64,000 bases of DNA from a virus. Both the position numbers and the translations under genes were made by a program. The notes beneath the pieces were generated by a model. The model was given only the letters and a program-made list of their open reading frames with translations, was not told the DNA's origin and searched no databases. Of this stretch, positions 46,560-55,572 are shown one piece after another (within the stretch, counting starts at the first letter, position 1; the number at the start of each line of letters is the position of its first letter). The stretch is taken from positions 1 to 64,000 of the IMG/VR virus record IMGVR_UViG_3300002131_000090, one strand, 5' to 3'.

Positions 46560-47195
46560 ATGTCTTTAAAACACGTTGGAAGATTTAAAAATAGCAAAAA
46601 AAGAGTTATTGTAGCATATCGTACTATACCAGGAGACCCTTATAGTGCTCTTGTTGTTGCAACCGAGTCATTGCCTGCTGACGAACACGATTCGTTAATT
46701 AAACTTGTTGAATCAGCTGCTGGGCAAGAAGCAATTGAATTAGCTGATGCAATGTCTAGAACATGGTTTAATGATGGCAGAAATATACTTGCAGGGCTTC
46801 ATAGCACTGGCAAACTTAGAAAAGTAAGTACAAAGGATGTCGAAATGGTTCCTGATTCAAAAACAAACATTGGATTAGATGAACTTAATGAACTTATTGC
46901 AAAACAAAAAGGTATTTCAATAGAAGACCTAGCAATTAAAGCACCTGGTGATACTAGTCCTGCTAAAAAGGTTGAAACAAATGTACAAAATCCAGTAGAT
47001 GCATATACATCTTCTAACATGAATGCAATGGACGAAGTTATTACAACCAGTGAAACTGTATTAGACGACGATTCACTTGCTGCACAATTGCGTAGTCAAG
47101 CAGATGCTATGTTTAAAGAAGCAAAGCGTTTAAGAGAACAAGCAGAAGATCTGGCTCCTACTAAGAAGAAAGCTAAAATTACAGAAGGTGCCTAA
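46560..47195 (+). CDS. Hypothetical phage protein
   Basis: 211-aa ORF; LKHVG start, coiled-coil end. Confidence 0.75.
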   Translation: MSLKHVGRFKNSKKRVIVAYRTIPGDPYSALVVATESLPADEHDSLIKLVESAAGQEAIELADAMSRTWFNDGRNILAGLHSTGKLRKVSTKDVEMVPDSKTNIGLDELNELIAKQKGISIEDLAIKAPGDTSPAKKVETNVQNPVDAYTSSNMNAMDEVITTSETVLDDDSLAAQLRSQADAMFKEAKRLREQAEDLAPTKKKAKITEGA

Positions 47196-47505
47196 AAAGA
47201 AAATAATACTCACTCCAGAACAACAAGAAAGTTGGCACGAAATATTTGACGATATAGAGATGTCTTATCTTCCTATAGAATATATAGACAGATTACTAGT
47301 TAAGTTTAAAGACGGAACCACCTGGGACATTGATATAACTGATAGTAAAAGAAAACAATCGCTCGAGGAAATTGAAGATAGTCTTGAAGAAATGTTTGAA
47401 GAATACGATGAGTTAATTGACGCTTTAGACTTTAGACTAGACATAGATCGTGTAAAACACGACTTGACTAGAAGAGTCTTTAAATTTCTTAAATTAAATA
47501 AGTGA
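47188..47505 (+). CDS. Acidic hypothetical phage protein
   Basis: 105-aa ORF with GTG start. Confidence 0.65.
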   Translation: MPKKKIILTPEQQESWHEIFDDIEMSYLPIEYIDRLLVKFKDGTTWDIDITDSKRKQSLEEIEDSLEEMFEEYDELIDALDFRLDIDRVKHDLTRRVFKFLKLNK

Positions 47506-47559
47506 TAAGTTGACTAGAGTGATAAATATATGTAACAATCACTCTAGGAGACTTATCAC
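47502..47559 (+). promoter_or_regulatory. Long hairpin masking the SD of the tail-fibre-like gene, late promoter at the stem/loop junction
   Basis: GTGATAAGT..CTAGAGTGAT / ATCACTCTAG..ACTTATCAC; GATAAATA at 47521-47528. Confidence 0.75.
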
Positions 47560-49602
47560 ATGACATTGCGACTAAGACGCGGCACAGATGCACAAAGGCT
47601 AAGTATTACACCAGCCGAAGGCGAAGCAATATACACAACCGATACTAAAAAAGTTTATATCGGCGACGGAACCACTGCAGGAGGCATTCTAGTAACTGGT
47701 GGCGGTTCAGGTGGTGGCGGATTAGCTGCTGTTGTAGATGATACAACTCCAGAGCTTGGTGGAGATTTAGATCTAGCTGGATTTGCAGTAATAGGTTCGG
47801 GTGACATAGCAATTACCGGCGATATTAGCGCTCGCTTTATACAAGCCGATTTTAACGGTAATATAGTAGCTGATGATAGTACAATAATCGTTAACATTGC
47901 TACAAGCAATGCTTCATTCAATAACGTAATTGCAAATAATATGACTGTTGTAGATCAAATTGTAGCAGGAAATGTAATTGAAGCGCCTCTCTTTAACGGA
48001 TCGTTTAACGGCGAATTTACTGGTAGTGTTTTTACAGATAACAGTACATTAATTATAGACGGGACAACTGGGGTAATTGATACAACTAGCGGTCTAAATT
48101 ATAATGGATTTATGACTATAGAATCAACTCGAGAGGGTTTAACTTCTACAGTTGAGTTTATTAATACCGGTGAAGCACAAGAAGTAAACTATGTAAGAAC
48201 AGATGCAGGAACGCAATCTGATGTGCGTATCGGATCAACGTCGTTTTTCCAAGTCGACGATACAGGTACTACACAATACGGAGTTATAAGTGGGTGGCAC
48301 TCGGGCATATATTTATTGGCCTCATCTATCGGAGATGACGTTGAAGAAAGCTATGTAAGTTTTATTGATGGCGCGATTGTTGTTGGAGGTTATTATCCAG
48401 ACGCTAAATTAGATGTACGAGGTGATGCTATTATTACTGGCGGACTTACTGCTGATTTAACCGGTAGTGTGTTTGCTGATGACAGTACTCTATTAGTAGA
48501 TGCTGTTAACGGAACAATCAATCTAGAGAATACTTCAATAGAGACATTGCTTGATGTAAATATAGTAAGTCCTACAACAAATCAAGTTTTAAAGTACGAT
48601 GGTGCAAACTGGGTTAATGCTGCGGACGCTGGTGCTGCTAGTGCAATAAGTATTAATGGTGTAACGCAAGCTGCTACAGGCGTAGTTACAACCGATTCAG
48701 CACACGGATTATATGACGGACAATCAGTTACTATTGTTGATGTAGTTGGCATGACAGAACTTAATGGCAATGATTATTATGCCGATGTATTAACTTCGGC
48801 TACATTTGGGTTGTATTCGGATGCTGCATTAACAACTCCAGTAGACACTAGCGGCTTTACACTTTATGATTCAGCCGGTACTGTTACAGGTGGTGCACCA
48901 ACTAATGCACTTACATTAAACAATCAATCAGCAGCATATTATCTAGCATGGACTAACATTACTAGTAAGCCAACAACAATAAGTGGTTACGGAATTAGTG
49001 ACGCAGTTGCAGATTTTGCCGATTTAGGGGCTACTCCAACTACGTTAGCAGGATACGGAATCAGTGATGCAGTAGCATCAAGTTCTATTTCAGTATTTGG
49101 TGCGTCATTAATTGACGATGCCAATGACACAACAGCAAGAACTACACTAGGATTAGGTACAGCAGCAACTACAGCAGCTACTGACTATGCTACAGCAGCA
49201 CAAGGGTCAACAGCCGACACAGCAGTACAACCAGCAGCATTAGGCAACTTTACATTTACAGGTAGTGTATTAGACAGCAGTGATAGTAGTAGTATTACAG
49301 TCACTCCAGCAGTTACAATGAGCAGCGACTTAACTGTCGAAAATGACTTGCGTGTGACAAATACTGTTTATGCTGAAAGATTTGAAAGCACAAGTACTGG
49401 TACTCCAGAAATTGTTGCTGCAGCAAACTTAGACTTAACAGCAGGAAATGCAGTACGTATTACAAGTAGTGTCCTAAGACTGGCTAGTTTTACCAGTGCC
49501 GAACGTGATGCATTAGCAGCACAGAATGGTGATGTTATTTATAATACTTCATTAAACAAATTCCAAGGGTATGAAAACGGTGCTTGGGCTAACTTAATCT
49601 AA
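47560..49602 (+). CDS. Tail-fibre-like virion protein
   Basis: N-terminal LRRGT...EGE..YTTDTKK.YIGDG; GSVFADDST and PTT..GYGISDA repeats; C-terminal G..IYN....KFQGY.NG.W. Confidence 0.8.
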   Translation: MTLRLRRGTDAQRLSITPAEGEAIYTTDTKKVYIGDGTTAGGILVTGGGSGGGGLAAVVDDTTPELGGDLDLAGFAVIGSGDIAITGDISARFIQADFNGNIVADDSTIIVNIATSNASFNNVIANNMTVVDQIVAGNVIEAPLFNGSFNGEFTGSVFTDNSTLIIDGTTGVIDTTSGLNYNGFMTIESTREGLTSTVEFINTGEAQEVNYVRTDAGTQSDVRIGSTSFFQVDDTGTTQYGVISGWHSGIYLLASSIGDDVEESYVSFIDGAIVVGGYYPDAKLDVRGDAIITGGLTADLTGSVFADDSTLLVDAVNGTINLENTSIETLLDVNIVSPTTNQVLKYDGANWVNAADAGAASAISINGVTQAATGVVTTDSAHGLYDGQSVTIVDVVGMTELNGNDYYADVLTSATFGLYSDAALTTPVDTSGFTLYDSAGTVTGGAPTNALTLNNQSAAYYLAWTNITSKPTTISGYGISDAVADFADLGATPTTLAGYGISDAVASSSISVFGASLIDDANDTTARTTLGLGTAATTAATDYATAAQGSTADTAVQPAALGNFTFTGSVLDSSDSSSITVTPAVTMSSDLTVENDLRVTNTVYAERFESTSTGTPEIVAAANLDLTAGNAVRITSSVLRLASFTSAERDALAAQNGDVIYNTSLNKFQGYENGAWANLI

Positions 49603-49612
49603 GGACTAAATC

Positions 49613-52486
49613 ATGGCTGAAAAAGAATATATCGTAAGTTTAAACAAAGACGTTGATTATGATGCATTTTGGAATCAAATCGAAAATGCTAGCGAAGATG
49701 ACGGATTTGTTCCAACTAGACGAGTCGACATTGTTAACAACAGAGATGGCAGTTTAAGAAGCTGCCATTACAGTTTAACAGACGAAGAAGCGGCAACACT
49801 AGCAAATGATCCTAGAGTCTACAGTGTAGAAATTCCACCAGATCAACGTGATGATATAGAAATTGGACACCACGCTGTACAAAGCGGTACTTGGACCAAA
49901 GACGGCACTATAAGAAGTACAGACTTAAACTGGGGCATGATACGAGGGGCTTATAGCGAAGATAAATGGAATGCTGCAACCAGTATTGCTGCTGAGTTTC
50001 CTTATGTATTAACAGGCAAAGGTGTTGACGTTGTTATACAGGACAGCGGACTAAGTGTTGATCATCCTGAATTCCTTATGGAAGATACTGCCGAATATAC
50101 AAGTACAGCAGTAGCAAGCGATAGTTCAAACGGAGCAGTGTTTGATAGAAGTTTAACAGTACACGGTATAAAAATTGTAGTAGCTGGAGCAGTGGGCGGA
50201 CAACTAACAGTTCCAGCTTTTTGGGCAGAAAAAACAGCAAAGGTTATCCAACTGTTAATTAGTCCAACAGGTACACATATTAATCTAACAGATCAAAAAA
50301 AACTGATAGCAACTCTAAAAGGTGACGCTGGCACAACACACGCTGGTGTACCCGCGGCTCAAAGGATTGGCTACGGAGGTGGTGACAGTTACGATCCTAA
50401 TTGGTTAACAGATGATGGTGCGGCACAGTACGCAGGATACACAGACTTTTTAGACAGTCATGCAGTTAATGACATGGTATGGTATTTAAATACATCAGGA
50501 CCATCACCTTCTACTAGTGATAGAGACATTGAAGAAATTATGGAACACTTGTTCCACACAATACATAACTTTGGTATTCCAGGAGCAGTGGGCGATAGTG
50601 CTACACAAGTTCCAATGGACATGCTACTTTTTATTATGCAAGAAAATCCTAGTTTCTCTTGGACAACGACAGCATTACATCTTGCTATGAAAGAAGCTAT
50701 TGACGCAGGGTTATATGACCCTAGTGGATACGCGACAGATTGGGCAACAGATTATGAAGCGGCAGTTGTAGCATATAAAGAGTACACATATTTGGTCAAC
50801 TGGTCAATGTGGGATATGAGTCAATTCTGGGATGGAGGAAGCCTTTCACCTGAATGGGATGACTCATTAAAAACACGAGCAGGTATGAAAGCTAATAACC
50901 CATTAGGTTATGCTTTGTTTATTAAATATTTCCAACCTGTTTTATCAAAACCTAGCTTTACTACACTCCAAGCAATATTTCAAGATAATGATGCTGGCGA
51001 TTCACAGTATCAAATAAGCAATTCTGGGTATTATAGAGTACAACAAATTGATTGGTACGAAGAAAGCAGTATAATCGGCACACAAAACGCTAACCATTAT
51101 AGAGACTATCACGGACACGGATCTCACTGTGCGGGCACTGTAGCGGGTCGTACAATGGGTTGGGCAAAGGATGCTGCTATATACAGTGTGAAAGTTAGCG
51201 GATTAGAAGGCACAGGCGATGCTACAGGTATTAGTATTACTAATTGCTTCGATGTTATTAAACTTTGGCACAGAAATAAACCCATAGATCCAGTAACAGG
51301 ATTTAAACGTCCTACTGTTGTTAATATGAGTTGGGGATATGGATTTTCACCCGGTACAGCAGACCCAACTACAGGTACGTTTAGAGGAACTCCGTGGACA
51401 TACGGACAACCTAGTTTTAGTACATCAAATGAAGTTTGGGCAAACGCAGGTATTCAGCCTGTCCGAGGGTCATCTAGATCGTTTAATAGTCGTGTTGGAT
51501 CAGTTGATATTGATTTAGAAGAATTAATCGACGAGGGTGTACACGTTTGTATTGCTGCCGGCAACAGTTATTATTATATTGCAAGAGAAGGCGACGACGA
51601 CTACGATAACAACGTAGTTGTTAGTGGATCAACACGATATTATCATAGAGGATCGAGCCCATATAGTACCAATGCATTTGCAGTAGGTAATATGGATATA
51701 ACGTATCAAGGTGGACTAGAACACAAAGCCGAGTCAAGTTGCACAGGACCTGGCGTAGACATATATGCTCCGGGTACAAGTATTACCAGTGTAGCCAGCA
51801 CAGACAAAGCAGGTGCTTGCGATTTAACAGATGGCACAGATGCTAGTGTCGCAACTGCAAATAGTCCATTAAATGCGTCTTACAAGCTGATGAAGATATC
51901 TGGTACTAGTATGGCATCGCCTAACGTAGCAGGTATGATTGCTACTATATTAGAAGCTAATCCAGGCATGACACCTGCAGAAATGAAAAAGTTTATACAC
52001 AATAACTCAACCAAAGGGTTGCTGTATGATGAGGCATTTACTATTGATAGACCTATAAATGTTGCTGTTACTAACAACGGAACATCAACTTGGGTTGTAA
52101 CAGGAGACTTTTCAGGCGAAAATGCTACATTTGGATGTCGAATAGGAGATACTATAAACATTATTAACAATGCAAGTTCTGCACATCCATTGTATATAAA
52201 AATATCACAAAATGTACCAGGTACTGGAGCTCAAGCGTTATATGTGACCAATGCAGGGTGCTACGGCGGCGAAATGCTTACGTGGGTTCCGTATGCAGCA
52301 GGTAGTTATTATTTTCAATGCGGAACACACAGTGGTATGATGGGTACAATTGTTGTTTCAGCAAACAATCCAGCTTGGTCAGATCAAGACGCAACCCTTG
52401 GCGGTCCAAATAGAATATTTAAAACACCGTTTAATCGAGATATAACAAGTAAATTTAATGTATCAGGAAACATAGATGTCAAATAA
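49613..52486 (+). CDS. S8 subtilase with large inserted domain and C-terminal cupredoxin-like domain
   Basis: Catalytic triad QDSG / HGSHCAG / GTSMASP; insert carries EHLFHTIH; HP...YYFQCGTHSGMMG. Confidence 0.88.
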   Translation: MAEKEYIVSLNKDVDYDAFWNQIENASEDDGFVPTRRVDIVNNRDGSLRSCHYSLTDEEAATLANDPRVYSVEIPPDQRDDIEIGHHAVQSGTWTKDGTIRSTDLNWGMIRGAYSEDKWNAATSIAAEFPYVLTGKGVDVVIQDSGLSVDHPEFLMEDTAEYTSTAVASDSSNGAVFDRSLTVHGIKIVVAGAVGGQLTVPAFWAEKTAKVIQLLISPTGTHINLTDQKKLIATLKGDAGTTHAGVPAAQRIGYGGGDSYDPNWLTDDGAAQYAGYTDFLDSHAVNDMVWYLNTSGPSPSTSDRDIEEIMEHLFHTIHNFGIPGAVGDSATQVPMDMLLFIMQENPSFSWTTTALHLAMKEAIDAGLYDPSGYATDWATDYEAAVVAYKEYTYLVNWSMWDMSQFWDGGSLSPEWDDSLKTRAGMKANNPLGYALFIKYFQPVLSKPSFTTLQAIFQDNDAGDSQYQISNSGYYRVQQIDWYEESSIIGTQNANHYRDYHGHGSHCAGTVAGRTMGWAKDAAIYSVKVSGLEGTGDATGISITNCFDVIKLWHRNKPIDPVTGFKRPTVVNMSWGYGFSPGTADPTTGTFRGTPWTYGQPSFSTSNEVWANAGIQPVRGSSRSFNSRVGSVDIDLEELIDEGVHVCIAAGNSYYYIAREGDDDYDNNVVVSGSTRYYHRGSSPYSTNAFAVGNMDITYQGGLEHKAESSCTGPGVDIYAPGTSITSVASTDKAGACDLTDGTDASVATANSPLNASYKLMKISGTSMASPNVAGMIATILEANPGMTPAEMKKFIHNNSTKGLLYDEAFTIDRPINVAVTNNGTSTWVVTGDFSGENATFGCRIGDTINIINNASSAHPLYIKISQNVPGTGAQALYVTNAGCYGGEMLTWVPYAAGSYYFQCGTHSGMMGTIVVSANNPAWSDQDATLGGPNRIFKTPFNRDITSKFNVSGNIDVK

Positions 52487-52489
52487 ATA

Positions 52490-52518
52490 TTGACTTTATT
52501 GCTTTATTGCTATATAAT
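52490..52518 (+). promoter_or_regulatory. Sigma70 promoter, probable leaderless transcript
   Basis: TTGACT-17-TATAAT, 6 nt before ATG 52525. Confidence 0.65.
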
Positions 52519-52524
52519 AATAAC

Positions 52525-53409
52525 ATGTTTCAATATACAAAAAATAATCATATAAAATGTTCGTTTTCAAGTGGCATTCTTAACCTTGAACACGGAAAAT
52601 GTAATTCGCATAAATCGTGGCGAGAAGAATGTAAAAGCGTAGCACAAGAGCTTTATGACTTACACGGTAACAAATTAGTTGTTACACTAAGTGGCGGGTT
52701 AGATAGCGAAGTAGTATTACACAGTTTTATTGCTAACGGAATTATTCCAAAGGTAGTTATACTTAGATATGAACGCAATTTAAATCTTCACGATATAAAC
52801 TATGCTTTACGTATATGTGCTGCTAGGCAAATATCACCTAAAATAGTTGACGTAAATGTTTCAGAGTTTTTTAGAACAGACTTATTAAACTATGCTAATA
52901 TTACAAAATGTAGTAGTCCTCAACTAAACTTGTTAATAAATAGTATCGACAATATAGACGGTATTCCTGTTATAGGAGCAGGCGAAAACTATCTTTCTCG
53001 TAAAGAAGGCAAAAAAGAAGTCTACGATTTAGAAGAAGCTAAGATAGCAGCAATTTATAAGTTTTATGAAAATAAACAACGTGAAATAATACCTGCGTTT
53101 TTTCAATATACTCCAGAATTAATGATTAGTTACTTACAAAAAGAAAGTATGTATCGCTGGGTAGAAACTGCTAAACAACAAAAATATATAAACAGTAAAA
53201 AAATTAAACCAAGTATTATTGCTGAAGACTTTGATATTGAACCTAGAGGAAAACTTACAGGGTTTGAACTTATAGACGAACTTGAAAGGCATCAACGATC
53301 TGTGCTAACTAATGAAAATTTAGGTGATGATGGAGAACAATGGACTAATTTTGAAGATTATATTAAAGAATTTGGTGTTGATTTATTAAGAGATATAAAC
53401 TATGTCTAA
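52525..53409 (+). CDS. PP-loop adenine nucleotide alpha-hydrolase (asparagine-synthase-like)
   Basis: LSGGLDSE; C-terminal R.KLTGFE. Confidence 0.72.
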   Translation: MFQYTKNNHIKCSFSSGILNLEHGKCNSHKSWREECKSVAQELYDLHGNKLVVTLSGGLDSEVVLHSFIANGIIPKVVILRYERNLNLHDINYALRICAARQISPKIVDVNVSEFFRTDLLNYANITKCSSPQLNLLINSIDNIDGIPVIGAGENYLSRKEGKKEVYDLEEAKIAAIYKFYENKQREIIPAFFQYTPELMISYLQKESMYRWVETAKQQKYINSKKIKPSIIAEDFDIEPRGKLTGFELIDELERHQRSVLTNENLGDDGEQWTNFEDYIKEFGVDLLRDINYV

Positions 53410-53938
53410 ACACAAACTTATTAAATTTTTAAATAAAAAAAATATTTCATTAGGATTAAGTAACAATACAACCGATCTACGTCCTGTAGAAAATGTAGGA
53501 TATGGAAGATTTGCTACACAAAATATAAACGAAGATGAAATCATTTATCGTGCAGGCGGTATGTGGATAACCGATGAAGAAAGAAATTGTTATGAACAAG
53601 ATTACTTCCATTTAGTTGAAGGATGTTGTTTTTTTCAAGGTGGATTAAAGTATTATCTTAATGGATGTCATAATCATAGTTGTGAACCTAATGCTTACGT
53701 ACAAGAAAATATTATACGTGCATTAAAAGATATTAAGAAAGATGAACAAATTACTATCGACTATGCTAGTTTTATTGATCACGGGTATACTATTTTAGCA
53801 GAGTGTAATTGCGGTAGCAACACATGTAGAAATCACATTACAGGTAATGACTGGCAGTTGTATAATCTACCATTAAAATATAACTATAGGGTTAGCGGTA
53901 GTATACTTAGAAAGTGGCTACTTTCTCAAAAAACTTAA
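53402..53938 (+). CDS. SET-domain methyltransferase with post-SET motif
   Basis: GYG.FA, NHSCEPN, ITIDY, CNCGSNTCR. Confidence 0.9.
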   Translation: MSKHKLIKFLNKKNISLGLSNNTTDLRPVENVGYGRFATQNINEDEIIYRAGGMWITDEERNCYEQDYFHLVEGCCFFQGGLKYYLNGCHNHSCEPNAYVQENIIRALKDIKKDEQITIDYASFIDHGYTILAECNCGSNTCRNHITGNDWQLYNLPLKYNYRVSGSILRKWLLSQKT

Positions 53939-54956
53939 TATAGTTTTTGGCATTGGCTGTAAACATTGGAACAAACAACAATACATCATTATGCTGCCTA
54001 ATTAAGTATCCTTCTTTTTGTAGTTCTCTACGAACATAAATTCCGTCATTAACTTTTATTCCAAAAACTAATCCACGATTAGTATAATCTAAATTGTATT
54101 TTTTTAACTGTGTTATAAATTGCTCCTGTGTATTTTTATTATTAACAGTATTTAATAACTCAATTGTTTTTAGTAAAGTTTGACAAGCAATAGGGTGTCC
54201 AGACATAGTATACCCATGCGAAAAAACACTGTCTGTATTTTTTATATAATTACCTATACTTTCATTTACCATCACAGCACTTAGAGGAAAAAGTCCGTTG
54301 GTTAGTCCTTTACTGGTTATAAGTATATCCGGTTTCCAATCAAAGCTATAGTCTGCTCTTCCAAGGCCGGTTACAGTTTCGTCAAATATTATATTAAAGT
54401 TGTATAGTTTTTTTAACTCAAATAACTGCTGTAACACTTCAGTATCAAACTCTATAACACCTTTTGTGACCATCATTGGTTCTATTAAAACTGCGCTTGT
54501 TTGGTTGTTTACAGCGTCTACAAGCGTCTTGTAGCTATCAAAAACTTGTGCTTGTGTGTTAGATCCATGATAAGCGTCTTTGTACGCTAGTACGTTAGAT
54601 TTACTGTTATAATACTTACTAATATAAATTGCACTATCAATAGCATCGCTGCCACTATGCCCAAAGAATACTCTATTATATCCAAAGTGTTCGCATATTG
54701 TTTTAGCAGCAAGTTCGGTAACATCGGTACTACTCCAAAAATGTGTAGGATAGAAATGTATATCAGTATTAAAAGAATCAGCATAACTAGGATTATTATA
54801 TCCGAAGTTTACATTCCATAATCCACTATTACAATCAAAGTATTGTTTACCGTCTTTATTGTAAACTATATCGTTGTTTCCTGAAACAAATATTTCAGGA
54901 TCTGTAAATCTACTATGATTAGTATACGAGAATATTTGATTAGACATTAAACTCAT
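53907..54956 (-). CDS. Class III PLP aminotransferase (omega-amine/putrescine type), shortened
   Basis: D..SGLW.VN.GY, SGSD, YHG, IEP, DE.VTG.GR, PD.....KG, HGYTMSGHP. Confidence 0.87.
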   Translation of the reverse strand: MSLMSNQIFSYTNHSRFTDPEIFVSGNNDIVYNKDGKQYFDCNSGLWNVNFGYNNPSYADSFNTDIHFYPTHFWSSTDVTELAAKTICEHFGYNRVFFGHSGSDAIDSAIYISKYYNSKSNVLAYKDAYHGSNTQAQVFDSYKTLVDAVNNQTSAVLIEPMMVTKGVIEFDTEVLQQLFELKKLYNFNIIFDETVTGLGRADYSFDWKPDILITSKGLTNGLFPLSAVMVNESIGNYIKNTDSVFSHGYTMSGHPIACQTLLKTIELLNTVNNKNTQEQFITQLKKYNLDYTNRGLVFGIKVNDGIYVRRELQKEGYLIRQHNDVLLFVPMFTANAKNYIKFFEKVATF

Positions 54957-55572
54957 CTATTGTATTTTCAATACAATTTCCTATTAAAAAGATAGTGTCG
55001 CACCCTTCTCCTGTTATAACACTATGCGTATATTTTGGATCAAATATAAATGCATCACCTTCGTTGATTATTAGCTTATTGTTGTCATAGGTAAATTCCG
55101 AATGTTTGTGATTTTTACTAATACATTGAACATATCTCAATGGACTATTTTTATCAACATGCATCGGTGTCTCGTGTGGCCCTTTATGAATACTATACCA
55201 CAGATACATAAAATTACGAGTTTTACAAGTACTATAGTATTTCTTTTTGTCGGCAATACTTTCATGACTAACACTATGAAGAGGCACAGTTTTATATCCG
55301 TTTTCAGCTAATACTGTACCATCGGCTCCTGTATGTAAAGTTGTTGTATATGCTGTTTTACCTAAAAATTTATAACTAGGCGTCCAGATATATTCCGCAG
55401 TGGTATTTTTTTCTTTGATGTTCTGATTCTCATCACTATATATAGTAATCATAATAAAGTCGTGTATTACACTGCTAAAAACTTTGTGCAGCTCATGATT
55501 AATTTGTGTATCAAATACGTGTTTAAAATAGATTGGATCAAACAGCGGCTTAATAAATTTTATATTGTTCAT
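54940..55572 (-). CDS. Cupin / 2OG-Fe(II) oxygenase-like protein
   Basis: P.HVD ... GDA.IFD....HSV. Confidence 0.65.
   Translation of the reverse strand: MNNIKFIKPLFDPIYFKHVFDTQINHELHKVFSSVIHDFIMITIYSDENQNIKEKNTTAEYIWTPSYKFLGKTAYTTTLHTGADGTVLAENGYKTVPLHSVSHESIADKKKYYSTCKTRNFMYLWYSIHKGPHETPMHVDKNSPLRYVQCISKNHKHSEFTYDNNKLIINEGDAFIFDPKYTHSVITGEGCDTIFLIGNCIENTIDEFNV

Noticed and set aside
47830-49075. Repeated segments in the tail-fibre-like gene as possible diversity-generating or invertible cassettes
   Set aside because: Protein-level fibre repeats with synonymous divergence; no reverse transcriptase or invertase in the window
52525-53409. SGGLDS motif suggesting the missing QueC
   Set aside because: Lacks the QueC C-terminal zinc-binding Cys cluster, is longer than QueC and lies 18 kb from the locus; the PP-loop is shared by many families
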